From: a virus
Taxonomy: Duplodnaviria > Caudoviricetes
Virus record (IMG/VR): IMGVR_UViG_3300029288_000056
Location: 192,001 to 256,000 of that record
Length of the DNA: 64,000 nt
Strand: one strand, 5' to 3'
The position numbers were made by a program, and so were the translations under genes. The notes beneath the pieces are model-generated. The model was not told the DNA's origin and made no database searches. It worked only from the letters and a program-made list of their open reading frames with translations. Numbering within the stretch: position 1 is the stretch's first letter; the number at the start of each line of letters is the position of its first letter. This document shows positions 9,741-20,602 of the stretch, one piece after another.

Positions 9741-12700
9741 TTACGCGAGATGGACGTTGACTGCCCCAAAGGTGTCGCAAATCCTATCTATCAGATCCCA
9801 ATTAGCCTCAATGCGGTGGTTTGCGCTAGTCCTTATGAGTCTGTCCCCCATTCTCAAGTACAGGTCTAGACCTAAGGACTTTCCACTTGAACTGTTTTTC
9901 AAGAACTCCATATTGTCATCAGTCTGATTCTCATCGTTAATCTCTATGGTGATTTTTTGGAAATTGCGGCCTCTGTATTCGTTTAATTCGTATACTTGAT
10001 TGGCGATAATCTTCGGCAACTGCATACCTAGACTACTGGAACCAATCACGATAACAGGGTTATTAACCTTAAGTTTTCCAGACTGCTTCTTAAACAAGTC
10101 GGCAAAGACGATCATCTCAAACTCACCGGTCTTATCCTTGGCCTTTATGAAGGCCATTCGATTCCCCTTCTTGTCAATATGATCTCTCACGACTGTGATT
10201 ATGCCACCAACTATAACCGGCCTTTTCTCTTCGTAGGACGTCATGTCGGAAGCGAAGTCTTGAGTAAACAGGGACAGCCTCTCAATCTTTTCATTGAGCG
10301 GATTTCCACTAAGATAAAAACCTAGCGCGTCTTTCTCATGTTCTAGTTGTTCGTCGTCGCTCCACAGAGCGGGAATCGCCGAAAAGACGTCTTCAGTTTC
10401 GTCGCTCCAGAAGCCTACGGCCCCCTTCTTCTTTTCGGAATGTTTAGACTTCGAGATGCTTTCAACAATAGACATATACTCCGCACGGCTATGGCCAAAC
10501 TTATCGAAACAGCCGGCTTTTATCAAAGACTCGATTACTTTCTTATTCACCGTGTTGAGGTTTACCTTGTTACAAAAGTCGGTAAGGCTTACAAAGGCGC
10601 CCTTGGAGTCCCTAGTTTCTTCGATGTGTTTTGCGGCACCAATACCAACGTTCTTGAGCGCAGCCAAGCCGTAGAGAATAGAACCGTCTCTTATTGTAAA
10701 GTTAGCCTTACTCTCGTTGACATCGGGCAAAAGAAAGTTTATCTTATCTTTACGGCAAACCGTTATGTACTCGGAAATCTTCTCTGGATCGTTTGACTCA
10801 GAAGTTAAGCAAGAAGCCCAAAATTCTAGAGGATAGTGGTACTTCAGATAAGCCGTCTGATAAGCAAGAACCGCATAGGCCGTAGCATGAGGCTTGTTAA
10901 AACAGTAGTCAGCAAATGGAATGATGATGTTCAAAATCTGTTCTGCGACCGCCGTATCTACACCGTTAGCCTTGGCGCCTTCTAAGAAGCGCGGCTTAAT
11001 CTTGTCTAGGGCCGCGTAGTCACCTTTGGACATGATCTTTCGCAGTATATCACCCTCTGCAAGAGTGAACCCCGCAAGGGCTTGTGCCATCTGCATGATC
11101 TGTTCTTGGTAGAGGAACACGCCGTAAGTGTCTTTAAGGATGGGTTCGAGCTTCGGGTGAATATAGGTTATTTCCTTACTGTGAACCTTTGAGTTGATCC
11201 AACCATCCACCATACCACTACCTAACGGGCCGGGGCGATACAGGGCGTTGATAGCCATAAGGTCCTCTATGCAAGAGACTTTCCCTCGTTGACACAAATC
11301 CCTCATGCCGTCGGTTTCAAATTGAAAGACACCTTCACCCTTACCCGCTGCAATCATAGCAAAGACGGCTGGGTCGTCCAACTCCCTCATCCTAACCCTA
11401 GCTTCTTTGTCAACTAAGGAAAGCGTGTCTTCAATTAGGGTTAAGGTCTTTAGCCCTAGAATGTCAATCTTCAACAGGCCTACGTCGGTCACGGAATTCA
11501 TGTCGTAGCCAACCATGAGTTCATTCTTAGATCTACACATAGGAGCGTAGTCGGAAATATCACCCGGGGAGACTACCAACCCCGCTGCATGCATACCTAT
11601 ATTTCGGATCACACCCTCAAGTGGCAGACCTTTGTCTATTATATCGTGGCACTGGAAGTCTTCATCATACAGTTTACGCAGATCGGGAGAAACCCTCAAA
11701 GCCTCGTTCAAGTCTTTTGCGGTTTCTGGGATCGCTTTAGCCAGCTTGTCGGTAAGGGAGTAGTCTACACCCAACACCCGGCCTACATCTCTAACGACAC
11801 TTCTTGCACCCAGAGAGCCAAAGGTGATAATCTGGCTAACGGCGTTTTCTCCCCATCTAGTCTTAATGTAGTCTACGACTTCTCCCCTGCGAGAATCTTG
11901 GAAGTCAGTATCTATGTCGGGAGGTGAAATACGATCGGCGGTTAAGAACCGTTCAAACAGGAGGTTGAACCGCATTGGGTCTACGTTAGTGATTCCGAGA
12001 CAGTAACTAACTATAGCCCCACTAGCAGACCCTCGCCCGGGACTTACCGCTATACCTTGACTAACTGCGTATTTGATGATGTCCCACACAATCAGGAAAT
12101 AACCGGAGAAGCCGGTCTTCTCAATGACTGAGAGCTCGTATTCTATTCTCTCTCTGATCTTATCGTCGTATTCGCCATAGTTCTTTGTGGCGCCTTCTCT
12201 TACGAGTGACGCGAGGTACTCATACTCGGAACCGAACTCACTCGGAACATTGTATGAAGGGAGTCGGTTCACACCTAACTCAATATTAATGTCACATTGT
12301 TCTGCCACTTCCAGCGTATTCGTCAAGTACTCTTCGTCAAACTTTTCTCGCATCTCGTCAAAGTCTTTGAACCACATTTGATCTGAGGAAAATTTGAAGC
12401 GCTTCTCGTCGGACAGCTTAGATCCGGTTTGTATGCATAATAAGATCTCATGGGAGACAGCATCTCTGGCGTTAACATAGTGTGAGTCGTTCGTTGCCAC
12501 AACCTTAACACCCATCGTCTTGGCCAGTTCTATGAGCATTGGCATAACACGAATTTCGTCGTCAATGTTATGATCTTGAACCTCTACAAAAACCGACTCA
12601 GAGCCGTAGATTTGACGGTAGAAGTCCAACTCGGTTTTAGCTCCGTCAAGGTCCCCTCTTAATAAGAGCTGCGGAATCTTACCCTGTAGGCAGCCCGTCA

Positions 12701-13121
12701 GACAGACTAGTCCACTGTTCCACTGTTCTAATTCTGAGTGCGAGACACGGGGCTTATAGTAGAAGCCGTCCTTGTTGGCAAACGAGACTAACTTTAGGAG
12801 ATTGTGGTACCCCTCTTCGTTCTTGGCAAGAAGGATCAAGTGATTAAGCTTGTCGTCCTTATCTTTACGGCCTAAGTCGTCAGCCATGTAAAGCTCGGTA
12901 CCGATGATCGGCTTAACGCCTACATGTTGGCATGCTTTGTAAAAAGCGATCGCGCCCGAGACGTTTCCGTGATCTGTTATTGCTACAGCCGGCATTTTAA
13001 GAGAGACGATCTTATCAAAGAACAAGGTCTTCTCTTTATTATCCTTAGGCACACGACACATACCATCCAAAACGGAAAAATCCGTGTGTACATGGAGATG
13101 TACGAAATTCTTTTCTGTCAT
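9741..13121 (-). CDS. dnaE: DNA polymerase III alpha subunit (family C)
   Basis: PHP domain FVHLHVHTDFS.LDG and AITDHG; GRGSASG; catalytic PPDIDTDF; KIDILGL; FNKPHA.AY; C-terminal OB fold; 1126 aa with no intein. Confidence 0.97.
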   Translation of the reverse strand: MTEKNFVHLHVHTDFSVLDGMCRVPKDNKEKTLFFDKIVSLKMPAVAITDHGNVSGAIAFYKACQHVGVKPIIGTELYMADDLGRKDKDDKLNHLILLAKNEEGYHNLLKLVSFANKDGFYYKPRVSHSELEQWNSGLVCLTGCLQGKIPQLLLRGDLDGAKTELDFYRQIYGSESVFVEVQDHNIDDEIRVMPMLIELAKTMGVKVVATNDSHYVNARDAVSHEILLCIQTGSKLSDEKRFKFSSDQMWFKDFDEMREKFDEEYLTNTLEVAEQCDINIELGVNRLPSYNVPSEFGSEYEYLASLVREGATKNYGEYDDKIRERIEYELSVIEKTGFSGYFLIVWDIIKYAVSQGIAVSPGRGSASGAIVSYCLGITNVDPMRFNLLFERFLTADRISPPDIDTDFQDSRRGEVVDYIKTRWGENAVSQIITFGSLGARSVVRDVGRVLGVDYSLTDKLAKAIPETAKDLNEALRVSPDLRKLYDEDFQCHDIIDKGLPLEGVIRNIGMHAAGLVVSPGDISDYAPMCRSKNELMVGYDMNSVTDVGLLKIDILGLKTLTLIEDTLSLVDKEARVRMRELDDPAVFAMIAAGKGEGVFQFETDGMRDLCQRGKVSCIEDLMAINALYRPGPLGSGMVDGWINSKVHSKEITYIHPKLEPILKDTYGVFLYQEQIMQMAQALAGFTLAEGDILRKIMSKGDYAALDKIKPRFLEGAKANGVDTAVAEQILNIIIPFADYCFNKPHATAYAVLAYQTAYLKYHYPLEFWASCLTSESNDPEKISEYITVCRKDKINFLLPDVNESKANFTIRDGSILYGLAALKNVGIGAAKHIEETRDSKGAFVSLTDFCNKVNLNTVNKKVIESLIKAGCFDKFGHSRAEYMSIVESISKSKHSEKKKGAVGFWSDETEDVFSAIPALWSDDEQLEHEKDALGFYLSGNPLNEKIERLSLFTQDFASDMTSYEEKRPVIVGGIITVVRDHIDKKGNRMAFIKAKDKTGEFEMIVFADLFKKQSGKLKVNNPVIVIGSSSLGMQLPKIIANQVYELNEYRGRNFQKITIEINDENQTDDNMEFLKNSSSGKSLGLDLYLRMGDRLIRTSANHRIEANWDLIDRICDTFGAVNVHLA

Positions 13122-16100
13122 TCTATCTTATAACCTAAGGTCTCTCTCAATTGCATCTCTGTTAAGATCTGGGCGTTTTGTTGGTACTCTTTAACCGCGA
13201 GGTGGTAAAAACGGCAGAACTCGATCAAGTCTTGCTCTGACTCAAATTCCCAACTAAATGATCCACTAAACTTTGCCGGTATCATAACACGATACGAGGC
13301 CCATTTGTCCCATACACTTACATTAGCTGTTATCTCTTGCATCAAAACTCCAGACTTGTTGTAAATCTTCCAACGTATATTCCCCTTCAACGGCTCCGTT
13401 GTCGTCAAGTCCGAAATAGGTGCCAACATTCATATAGGGGTTTTGCCCGTACCAATACTGCAGATTAAGAGCGGGAGGTGCCTTAATATCGGGATTCCAA
13501 TTATTCCAATCAATTAGCCTTGTAGTCCTGTGTATCATCGCACCTTTGGCGTGTTTAGGAACATGAGCCAAAACTGCGATTGTTTCAAGGGTTAATTCAC
13601 CGCGCACTGGGGGAGGAGGGTTAATGATGCGTGTTAAAAATTCGGCCGTTATCTCTTGCATTATTCTCCTTTAAAATGTCCACTGGCAACTCATACAACA
13701 ACTATGCTCAAGTTCCCTGCCACACCAAGGGCAATATTCCTTTGGTCTATGAATCCAGCACGGCGTAGAACACGGACAGTCGCCCTCTATGTCGCATTGG
13801 ATTAATTCTCCACGCCCAAGTGATTCGGCATAGGAAGTTGATGTCATTTGATAATTATATCTATAAGTAACATTTCCATTTTTATCTCTATGCCTTACAC
13901 CATTATCAGACATAGAAGGTGGGCCACAAAAACTCATTCTAATTCATCCTTATATCGTCCCGGTATGATAACACCGGAAGTTTCGCAAGTCCAACACTGC
14001 TCCTGTTTGGGTTCTCCAATCGGTTCGCTATTACAGAAATCACTTGGTTCCCCCTAGCTCCTTCTGCAGTACATCTTCTACCTTCCCATACTGTTCTACT
14101 AAACCTGTACAAACGCACTCAAGCGCAACCAAAAAACGGAGTCCGTCCGTCTGTGCTTCTGCAAGTTTATGGAATGATTCCCTTGCGTTTTCGGTCAATT
14201 CCTTACCGGCCGAATTACAGGAACGTTGAGCCGCATCAATTAATGCGCTGGCGAGACAGTCAACCAACTTGTCGCTCTCGATCCAAAGACCCTTCTTGCC
14301 GTCTTGTTCTAATTCCTTAATCATTTATTTCTCCTATCACCAATACGAGCGTCTTGACCCCGTCAACTTCGTGGACCTTAAGTCGTTTGTCAACATTATC
14401 CAACTCGTCAAAGTAAATTGTGTATTTTGTGTAAGGTTTTATCGGTGTGTTGTATACAATATCCCGATGTACGGGATGAGCATAAACACCCTCCAATTGT
14501 TCTAAATCCCGAAATTCACTCATTTTTATTCACCTTTCTCGGAAACACAACGACTTCGCCTTCTCCGCCGCAAGTCTGACATTTATTACGAGGTTTACTG
14601 TTGACCGGAAGAACGACCTTCATACTCCCGATACGTCGGATATTGGACTTCCCCTCACCCCCACAATCGGGACATTTTATGATCTTCGTTTCATCCTTAG
14701 TAACGAAGTATCCCTCAGTAGTGCTGCAGCCCCACTGTCCCATCGGCGTATTACAACAATTAGACTGTCCCGGATGGCACTTGGTGCAATGGCTTTCGCA
14801 ATCATCAAGGTTTTCAAAGTAGTCGTATTTTTTATCACTGCGCCAAAGCCCTTCAGGGTCTTCGCATCTCCATAATTCAGTGGCCATTATTTACCCCCAT
14901 TGTACTTGGTGTTTAACGATCGTGTCTCCACAAATACTCCATTAAAAAATGAGTAGGTTATGTCGATACCATCTTTGACTACTTCTGGTAAGTTCCTTAA
15001 TAATTCTTCGATAAATTTTCGAACGGTTTGTTCTGGTGTATCACCCATTATATTAAAAGCACTCCTCTCTTTCTGTTTTAACGCCATTAAGTACGTCAAT
15101 GCAGTCTTGTTCACTGTCGTACCCTTTGGTCGTAAAGCCGCAGTCGTGGCAGATCATTCCAAATGAACAACAGAAAGTCCTCATCGTCCCTCGCAATGTA
15201 CGAACTACCGTTGCAAGTGATCCGAAACCGGTCTTTAGCTTCCATTTTCTATCTCCATTCTATCAGTAATAGCCATCTGTTTTGATGTAACAGGAAGGAC
15301 AACCGTTAGAATCTCTAATGGCGCCCAACATTCAGGACAGTTTGTCATTGGGCACGGTCTCATTGGTGGGGGATAATCATAAGGAACCCCATCTTTCCAC
15401 CAGCCTACCTTAACCTTGTGTTTCTTATCCGCAGAACACACGGCCTTACCCAAGGTTATAGTTCGCTTAATTCCTATTGCTGTTATTTTCATTTACGCTC
15501 CTTAAATATCAATGTGATCGGCAACGAAGTATACTAAACACGCCACAATGACGACCCCGATAAACGTACCAATCATTTGGCAGATAATATTAATCATGGC
15601 TTTCCTTGATCTTCTTGACATACTCTAAAATTGCGTTGACTCCGTCGAGGGTCTTTCCGTCATCATCCACACTCTCAGCCACGTTTCTGTCGATATCGAT
15701 CCATGGCATAATAAACATTGCGCGCTGCCAAAGCGCCCACTTCCGGGCATCTTCTAAACACGTCTTAAGTGCATCTTGCGGTCCAATGCGCCGCTTCAAA
15801 TATTCGTCTTGTATCTCTTTTATCGTGGCCGCTTGATTTCGGCGCTCACGAATTTCTTGGCAAGTCTCACATTCTCCGTAAATCCCGATCTGATAACCGT
15901 CGTATACTTCCTTGCCGCAACTTCCACAAAGATAGACATAGCGCTTATCATCGTGAATCAGCGTGTCGACTGTTTGCTCAAGTTCCTTAATTCTCTTCGC
16001 TTTTAGCCCGAACATAATCCTCCCATAGTTTAGAAAAGTGTCCTTCCCATTTTGTTGATTCAAAGACGGGTCCTGATTTCCTATTAAAAAGATTTGGATT

Positions 16101-17593
16101 GGCCGCCTCAACTTCACAACGCATTAGATACTGCATGTCGTCACAAAACCTCAGTATATCGTAGTATAGTTTAGGCCATTTTATTCCCCTGATTTTATCG
16201 TTCATTCACATACCTTTGTCTTTAGCCATTGATCCTTCAATGGTCTTTTATCTGTTTCTTCTGAATCCTTATTGCACACTTTACATCTCAAGAATGAGTC
16301 GAAATGTAAATGAGCCCCATCGAGAGTACCATAATAAAAATTAGCTGGGATTATAAAAATATTTTCGCTACCGCAATTAGGGCACTCATGTCCAGACACG
16401 GGGTTACCCAGTTTTGGATCGTATAGATATGGCATTAAAATCCTTTCGTTAAACTTCTTAGAGTTTTTCCTTATCGAACTTTTCTTGTCGCTCTTTTTGG
16501 AATCTAGTAAGCCCGTCCAATAGATTCACACAAGCGCCCAGTGCGGTTGTGCCGGTACCCGGTCTCACGTCGCGAAAGTCCTGATCCTGTCTTTCTAGCT
16601 CAGTCTGCCACCGCTCGGCGCTCGCGCCCAATGGCGGAAAAAAGGTCAGTACGACAAACCTGTTGAGCTTTTTGGCGATATAGGCCATAGCCTCTGGTGC
16701 TGTCTCGAAATTACTCAACCTCATCACCTACTATTTTAGTCCACTCTAGTGTGTATGTATAACTAGGGCACTCTATACGATAAGGATAAGGTCCCGGTTT
16801 TGTGTTTCTGTTTATACCATAAGCGTCGGCAAGACCTTTTTGCTTTAGCAGCTTACCGGTCTCGTCCGCGGCCTCGTGAGTCTTAAATTCTTGTTCGTGT
16901 CGTTCTATTTTCATTTTATCCCTTTGTTAAGTCTAGAAGAGTCTGCGCGGATTGAGTATCGTTAGTTGAGTCCTCAATCCGGCGAATGAGTTGCTTTTTA
17001 ATCTCAGCAATAGCGGCTGGGCAAACGTCGGACAGCCTGTCTTTAGTAAGTTCAACCTCAATGCCGTTGTTTTTCACCAAACAGTAAATACCGTAGGTCA
17101 CCTTTTTTGACCTATATGATCCACTAGGGAAACGCCATAAAGAATGACGATCATGTGTTTTTGTGAACCCTTCCCCAGTCGCAATAGTGATCTGAACTAC
17201 GTCACAAATATCCTCCAACAACTCTAGTTCTTTTTCCATCGTCTCTCCTTAGTGAAAGAGTATGTACAGTATAATGATTAAAAGGATGATCTCCATTTAT
17301 TTCTCCTTTAAATTTCTTTCGTATTCTGCTACTGCTTTTTTAATGTCGTCCAAATTTGGTCTACCCTCGTCCATCTTGTCAACTATTAGTTTAACTTGAG
17401 CGTCGCTCATTCGATGAGTTCTGTAAGCCCAATAGATCTTCCCGCCGCCCTCTTTTCCGAATACGCTCCTCAAATACACTAGAGAATACTTCATCGGATC
17501 TTTGGTTTGCTTTCCCCACTCACTTAAACACCGGGACATCTCGGCCATGTCGCGCTCATACCTACGGTCAGAAGAACTATAGAGATTGAACAT
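13118..17593 (-). CDS. Array of ~15 small hypothetical ORFs, several Cys-rich/Zn-binding
   Basis: Tightly packed minus-strand ORFs, many with GGAG-type RBS; no recognisable family. Confidence 0.55.
16202..16435 (-). CDS. Small Zn-ribbon protein (paralog of 2652-2852)
   Basis: CPNCGSENIFIIPA...RCKVC. Confidence 0.65.
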   Translation of the reverse strand: MPYLYDPKLGNPVSGHECPNCGSENIFIIPANFYYGTLDGAHLHFDSFLRCKVCNKDSEETDKRPLKDQWLKTKVCE

Positions 17594-17602
17594 TATCTCC
17601 CC

Positions 17603-18061
17603 TTAAAGTGATTTTAAGAAACTAACGATTCCAACCATAGACGTACGGAACGCTTCTTCGCCACAATCCATTCCTTGAAACGTTATCTCAAATTTTTCGG
17701 TGTAGCGGCGCAACGTACAATCCCACTCATATCGCATAAAAATACGGGTTGCACTGTTTAGTATAGTCATCCTGTCCATCGTCTCATAGAATCTTTTAGA
17801 CTTCTCTTCGTTCAAGAACAACAGCAGATAACCCATCGCGCGCAAAGAACAACCGGTATCACCGTGGTGTCCCACGCAAGACATTACGGTCGCCACACCC
17901 TCAAGACCGTTTATCTCAATAAGGTACGGAACGATCTCTTTGTCTAAACGCTGCGGTTCGGATGCGAGTATTTCGTTGAACTCGTCCTTAATTTCTTTCT
18001 CGCGCTCTGGTGTTAAATACCTCACTGCTCTACCTTTCTTTGCGGAATAAATATATACCAC
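17603..18061 (-). CDS. TYW3-like protein
   Basis: LDKEIVPYLIEINGLEGVATVMSCVGH resembles the TYW3 N-terminal D..I..L...IN.....T..SC.G motif. Confidence 0.45.
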   Translation of the reverse strand: MVYIYSAKKGRAVRYLTPEREKEIKDEFNEILASEPQRLDKEIVPYLIEINGLEGVATVMSCVGHHGDTGCSLRAMGYLLLFLNEEKSKRFYETMDRMTILNSATRIFMRYEWDCTLRRYTEKFEITFQGMDCGEEAFRTSMVGIVSFLKSL

Positions 18062-19020
18062 GTCAAATACGTTGGGTAACTAGTGCGGTAGTCCGGTTGC
18101 CACATTTTAATCTTGATCTCCGAACCGTCGTATTCGTAACCGTTGTGTACGCATCTTAACAGACCGAACTTTTCGTCCAAATCCCTAATGTTATCGGCTA
18201 TCCACTTAGCTATGTCTTTAAAGTCTATGTCCCAAATCTGAACCTTCTTGCGCTCCAAAAGCCTTACTTCGACAATTTGGGCAGTCAGATCAATATTTTG
18301 ATCCCGTATAACTTTGTAGTCTAACGACTCTAGATACGCAAAGATGATCTTTTCAAAGTGGTCGTAACCGACTAAGGCATAGCCGGAATAGACACTTACA
18401 TCTTCAATTATATTCATAGTTCCTCGTTTCCAATAATAATTTTTGTCCCACAAAATGGGCAAAAAGAGATCTGCTCCCGTCTTCTCGTCTCAAGGAAACT
18501 TGTAATTAAAAAAGAGTGTCTGTATTGATCCCAATGGTACTGTATTATTCCTTCTGATACAGCCATTTGTATTTTATCACAACACCATTTAATATCAGTC
18601 ATTAGTGATCCCTTCAACGGCTTTTAAAAGAATGGCTATGAAAGCAAAAGTACAAATTCCTATTGCTGCCGGAAAAACGTTGTCCCAGAACCAGCCGCTC
18701 AACTCGCTGTATAGTCCGTTAAAGGCCTTGTACGTTAGCCCCGCAATACAGCCACCACAAGTCGTCAGGAATGAGACGATGAAAATTACTACCGCTACTT
18801 CCATTACTCCCCAATGCTTCATTTACCATCCTATCTCTTTAGATATCTCAGGAGTCATACCGCCTAATTCATGAAAGCGATCTCTGAAATATACATATAA
18901 CGGTAAATCACCGTTAAAATATGGGTGTCCCGGTGGAGCAAACCGCCATAGACGCGCTAATTCAATTTGTGACATACTATCTATGACAGCCTTCTCTTGC
19001 TCAATCTCTTGATCGGTCAT

Positions 19021-19647
19021 TTAGTTCTCCTTTTCCGGATACACTTCTTCGTATCTATCTGATAATAGTTTCCCATTATACAACCAGTATGCAGTTCCTC
19101 TTACTCCCATTTTTACGTCTAAAAGCTTAGTGGATAGCGCGGAAAGAGTCGTTTCCTCGCCGTTATAACTAACCTTATTCTTATCGTTTACAACAGTAAC
19201 GGTTATGTCATTATCTTTGATGAAATTCAAAGTTGACCCAATCGGTATGCCTAACTTCTCGAAAGTCATTTGCGGACGATTCACTCTTAATTTGTTTCTT
19301 ACTTCAGTCGGCGTTAGACCTGAGTCAAGAGCTTTCTCAACTTCTGGCGTAACGTTTTCCACACTCACTAATTCTAAAACGGCAATTATCTTGTCGGGAT
19401 CTATTTTAAAAAATTCCCTCTGATGATTTACTCTAACAGATTCAAAAGCAAAATGAATGGTAGCCTCAACCCTTCTTGCGTCATTAACTCGGCAAGCATA
19501 TTCACAAGTAAACGGATAAGGAAGAGCGGATGTGTAAAGTTCCCTCATTCTCTCGTTGATGGATTTCTTTTCGGTAAACCCTATTTTGATTAATTCCGGC
19601 ATTGCGGGATTGCTCAAAATGTATACAACACCCTCTTTATCTTCCAT
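19021..19647 (-). CDS. GIY-YIG (T5orf172-like) nuclease with a C-terminal DNA-binding-like domain
   Basis: GVVYILSNPAMPELIKIGFT, RMRELY..ALPYPF, VEA.IH, REFF. Confidence 0.85.
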   Translation of the reverse strand: MEDKEGVVYILSNPAMPELIKIGFTEKKSINERMRELYTSALPYPFTCEYACRVNDARRVEATIHFAFESVRVNHQREFFKIDPDKIIAVLELVSVENVTPEVEKALDSGLTPTEVRNKLRVNRPQMTFEKLGIPIGSTLNFIKDNDITVTVVNDKNKVSYNGEETTLSALSTKLLDVKMGVRGTAYWLYNGKLLSDRYEEVYPEKEN

Positions 19648-19697
19648 TGTTTATCCAATCGTTTTTATATAGTGTGCGGGCTATCATTTAAATCCTC

Positions 19698-20594
19698 TTA
19701 TCCATGAATCTCGTCCCTAATTTCTCTGAAACTTTTATTCTTGTTGTGTGCTCCAATTCCAACTATGTTAATTATGTCATTCCTATACCTATTTAACAGA
19801 GCGTTAACTAACTTCAAATTGTGTCCATTTACATACATTGTTTCGCCTCTTATTTCAATACAATCTCCATCTTTCATTTCTGAGGGTATTTTAAGTATGT
19901 CCTCTATCATGTCTGCCAAATTAAATCCTTTGTTTCTTCTATCTTCAGATTCTTTTTCTAGACTCTTAATTCTTTCTCGGTTAGCATTCATTTCCTGATT
20001 TAATTTTTTACAACATGATATTTGATTATCCATTTTATTTATTAGTCTTTCTTCCATTCTATTTTTAAAATTTTTTATTAACTTATTTTTACATTTTACA
20101 GGAATAAACCAAATATTTTTAAACATCCTATTTAAATCATTATCCCATATTATCAATCGTTTATCCCATTGTTCATCATTAACAACATCACCCTTATTTT
20201 CTTTCGTAACCACATTGTTATATCTATTACTATTAACGGTATCCTTACACCACTTCACTACATCCATTCTAATAGTGTATATAAAAAATAAATCTCTTAA
20301 TATAACATACATTACGAATGTTGCAATTAAATAAATAACTGGAATATAAATAGGAATTAAAAGTGCTGTAGCAAAATGTAATCCTGCCCAAGAAATAGTT
20401 GTTAACGTTATACCATAGAATCCATTAAAATGAGTTAAAATATCATTTTTGGCACGCGGAAGATTACCCCAAATTCTTTCTATTGATTCACCGCAATTAC
20501 CATAATGTTTAACATGAATAGTGAGAAAGCCATAAACAGTCAATGCGCCTCCCAAAAGAGCAAATATTAACCAAGCCAAATCCAATGTAATCAT
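19698..20594 (-). CDS. AT-rich multi-pass membrane protein with a coiled-coil C-terminus
   Basis: Three hydrophobic segments; DNA visibly more AT-rich than the flanks. Confidence 0.6.
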   Translation of the reverse strand: MITLDLAWLIFALLGGALTVYGFLTIHVKHYGNCGESIERIWGNLPRAKNDILTHFNGFYGITLTTISWAGLHFATALLIPIYIPVIYLIATFVMYVILRDLFFIYTIRMDVVKWCKDTVNSNRYNNVVTKENKGDVVNDEQWDKRLIIWDNDLNRMFKNIWFIPVKCKNKLIKNFKNRMEERLINKMDNQISCCKKLNQEMNANRERIKSLEKESEDRRNKGFNLADMIEDILKIPSEMKDGDCIEIRGETMYVNGHNLKLVNALLNRYRNDIINIVGIGAHNKNKSFREIRDEIHG

Positions 20595-20602
20595 TTTTCT
20601 CC

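Noticed and set aside
13326-13661. Short repeat encoding MQEITA in two adjacent ORFs
   Set aside because: A single ~15-bp match with no further similarity, compatible with chance.
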